49,236 bases of DNA from Octopus bimaculoides (lineage: Eukaryota), in the NCBI RefSeq assembly GCF_001194135.2, contig NC_069000.1, forward strand, positions 25,497,082-25,546,317, in the 5' to 3' direction. Under the pieces are notes generated by a model. The model made no database searches and was not told the DNA's origin. It worked only from the letters and a program-made list of their open reading frames with translations. Positions 49,127-49,236 of the stretch are shown one piece after another. Positions within the stretch are counted from its first letter, which is position 1, and every line of letters starts with the position of its first letter. The translations under genes and the position numbers were made by a program.

Positions 49127-49236
49127 TGCATACTTTTTTGATTCTTGGACTAGTTTTTATTCACACAGTTGGATCTGTTTCTTATAATACATGATTTATT
49201 TCGCATCGCATTGCAAAGTTATATATATATATATAT

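Overview
This is a eukaryotic, AT-rich, microsatellite-rich genomic window with ten N-gaps (about 4.3 kb). The SINE and microsatellite repertoire looks like Octopus or another coleoid cephalopod; that is an inference I could not check against a database. One host gene runs across the window on the minus strand: an Rh-type (Rh50; RHAG/RHBG/RHCG-like) ammonium transporter. I read eight in-frame GT-AG coding exons from 47437 down to 9497 (387 codons, intron phases 1,2,0,1,0,0,2,1). The C-terminal exon(s) were not found. The introns and flanks are filled with decayed transposons: five mariner copies or fragments, a near full-length RTE LINE, a CR1-like 3' end, several Penelope-like (GIY-YIG) pieces, a Helitron with both termini, a Merlin element with TIRs and a TSD, tRNA-derived SINEs and MITE-like hairpins. 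No intact novel multi-gene system is evident. The most unusual signals are: (i) two tandem gag-like ORF1-only units, each with a ~70-nt GT-AG intron in its leader; (ii) minimal hammerhead-ribozyme folds in Penelope termini, two of them on the Rh sense strand; (iii) atypical residues in conserved Rh motifs; (iv) a LINE and a SINE family sharing the same 3' tail.
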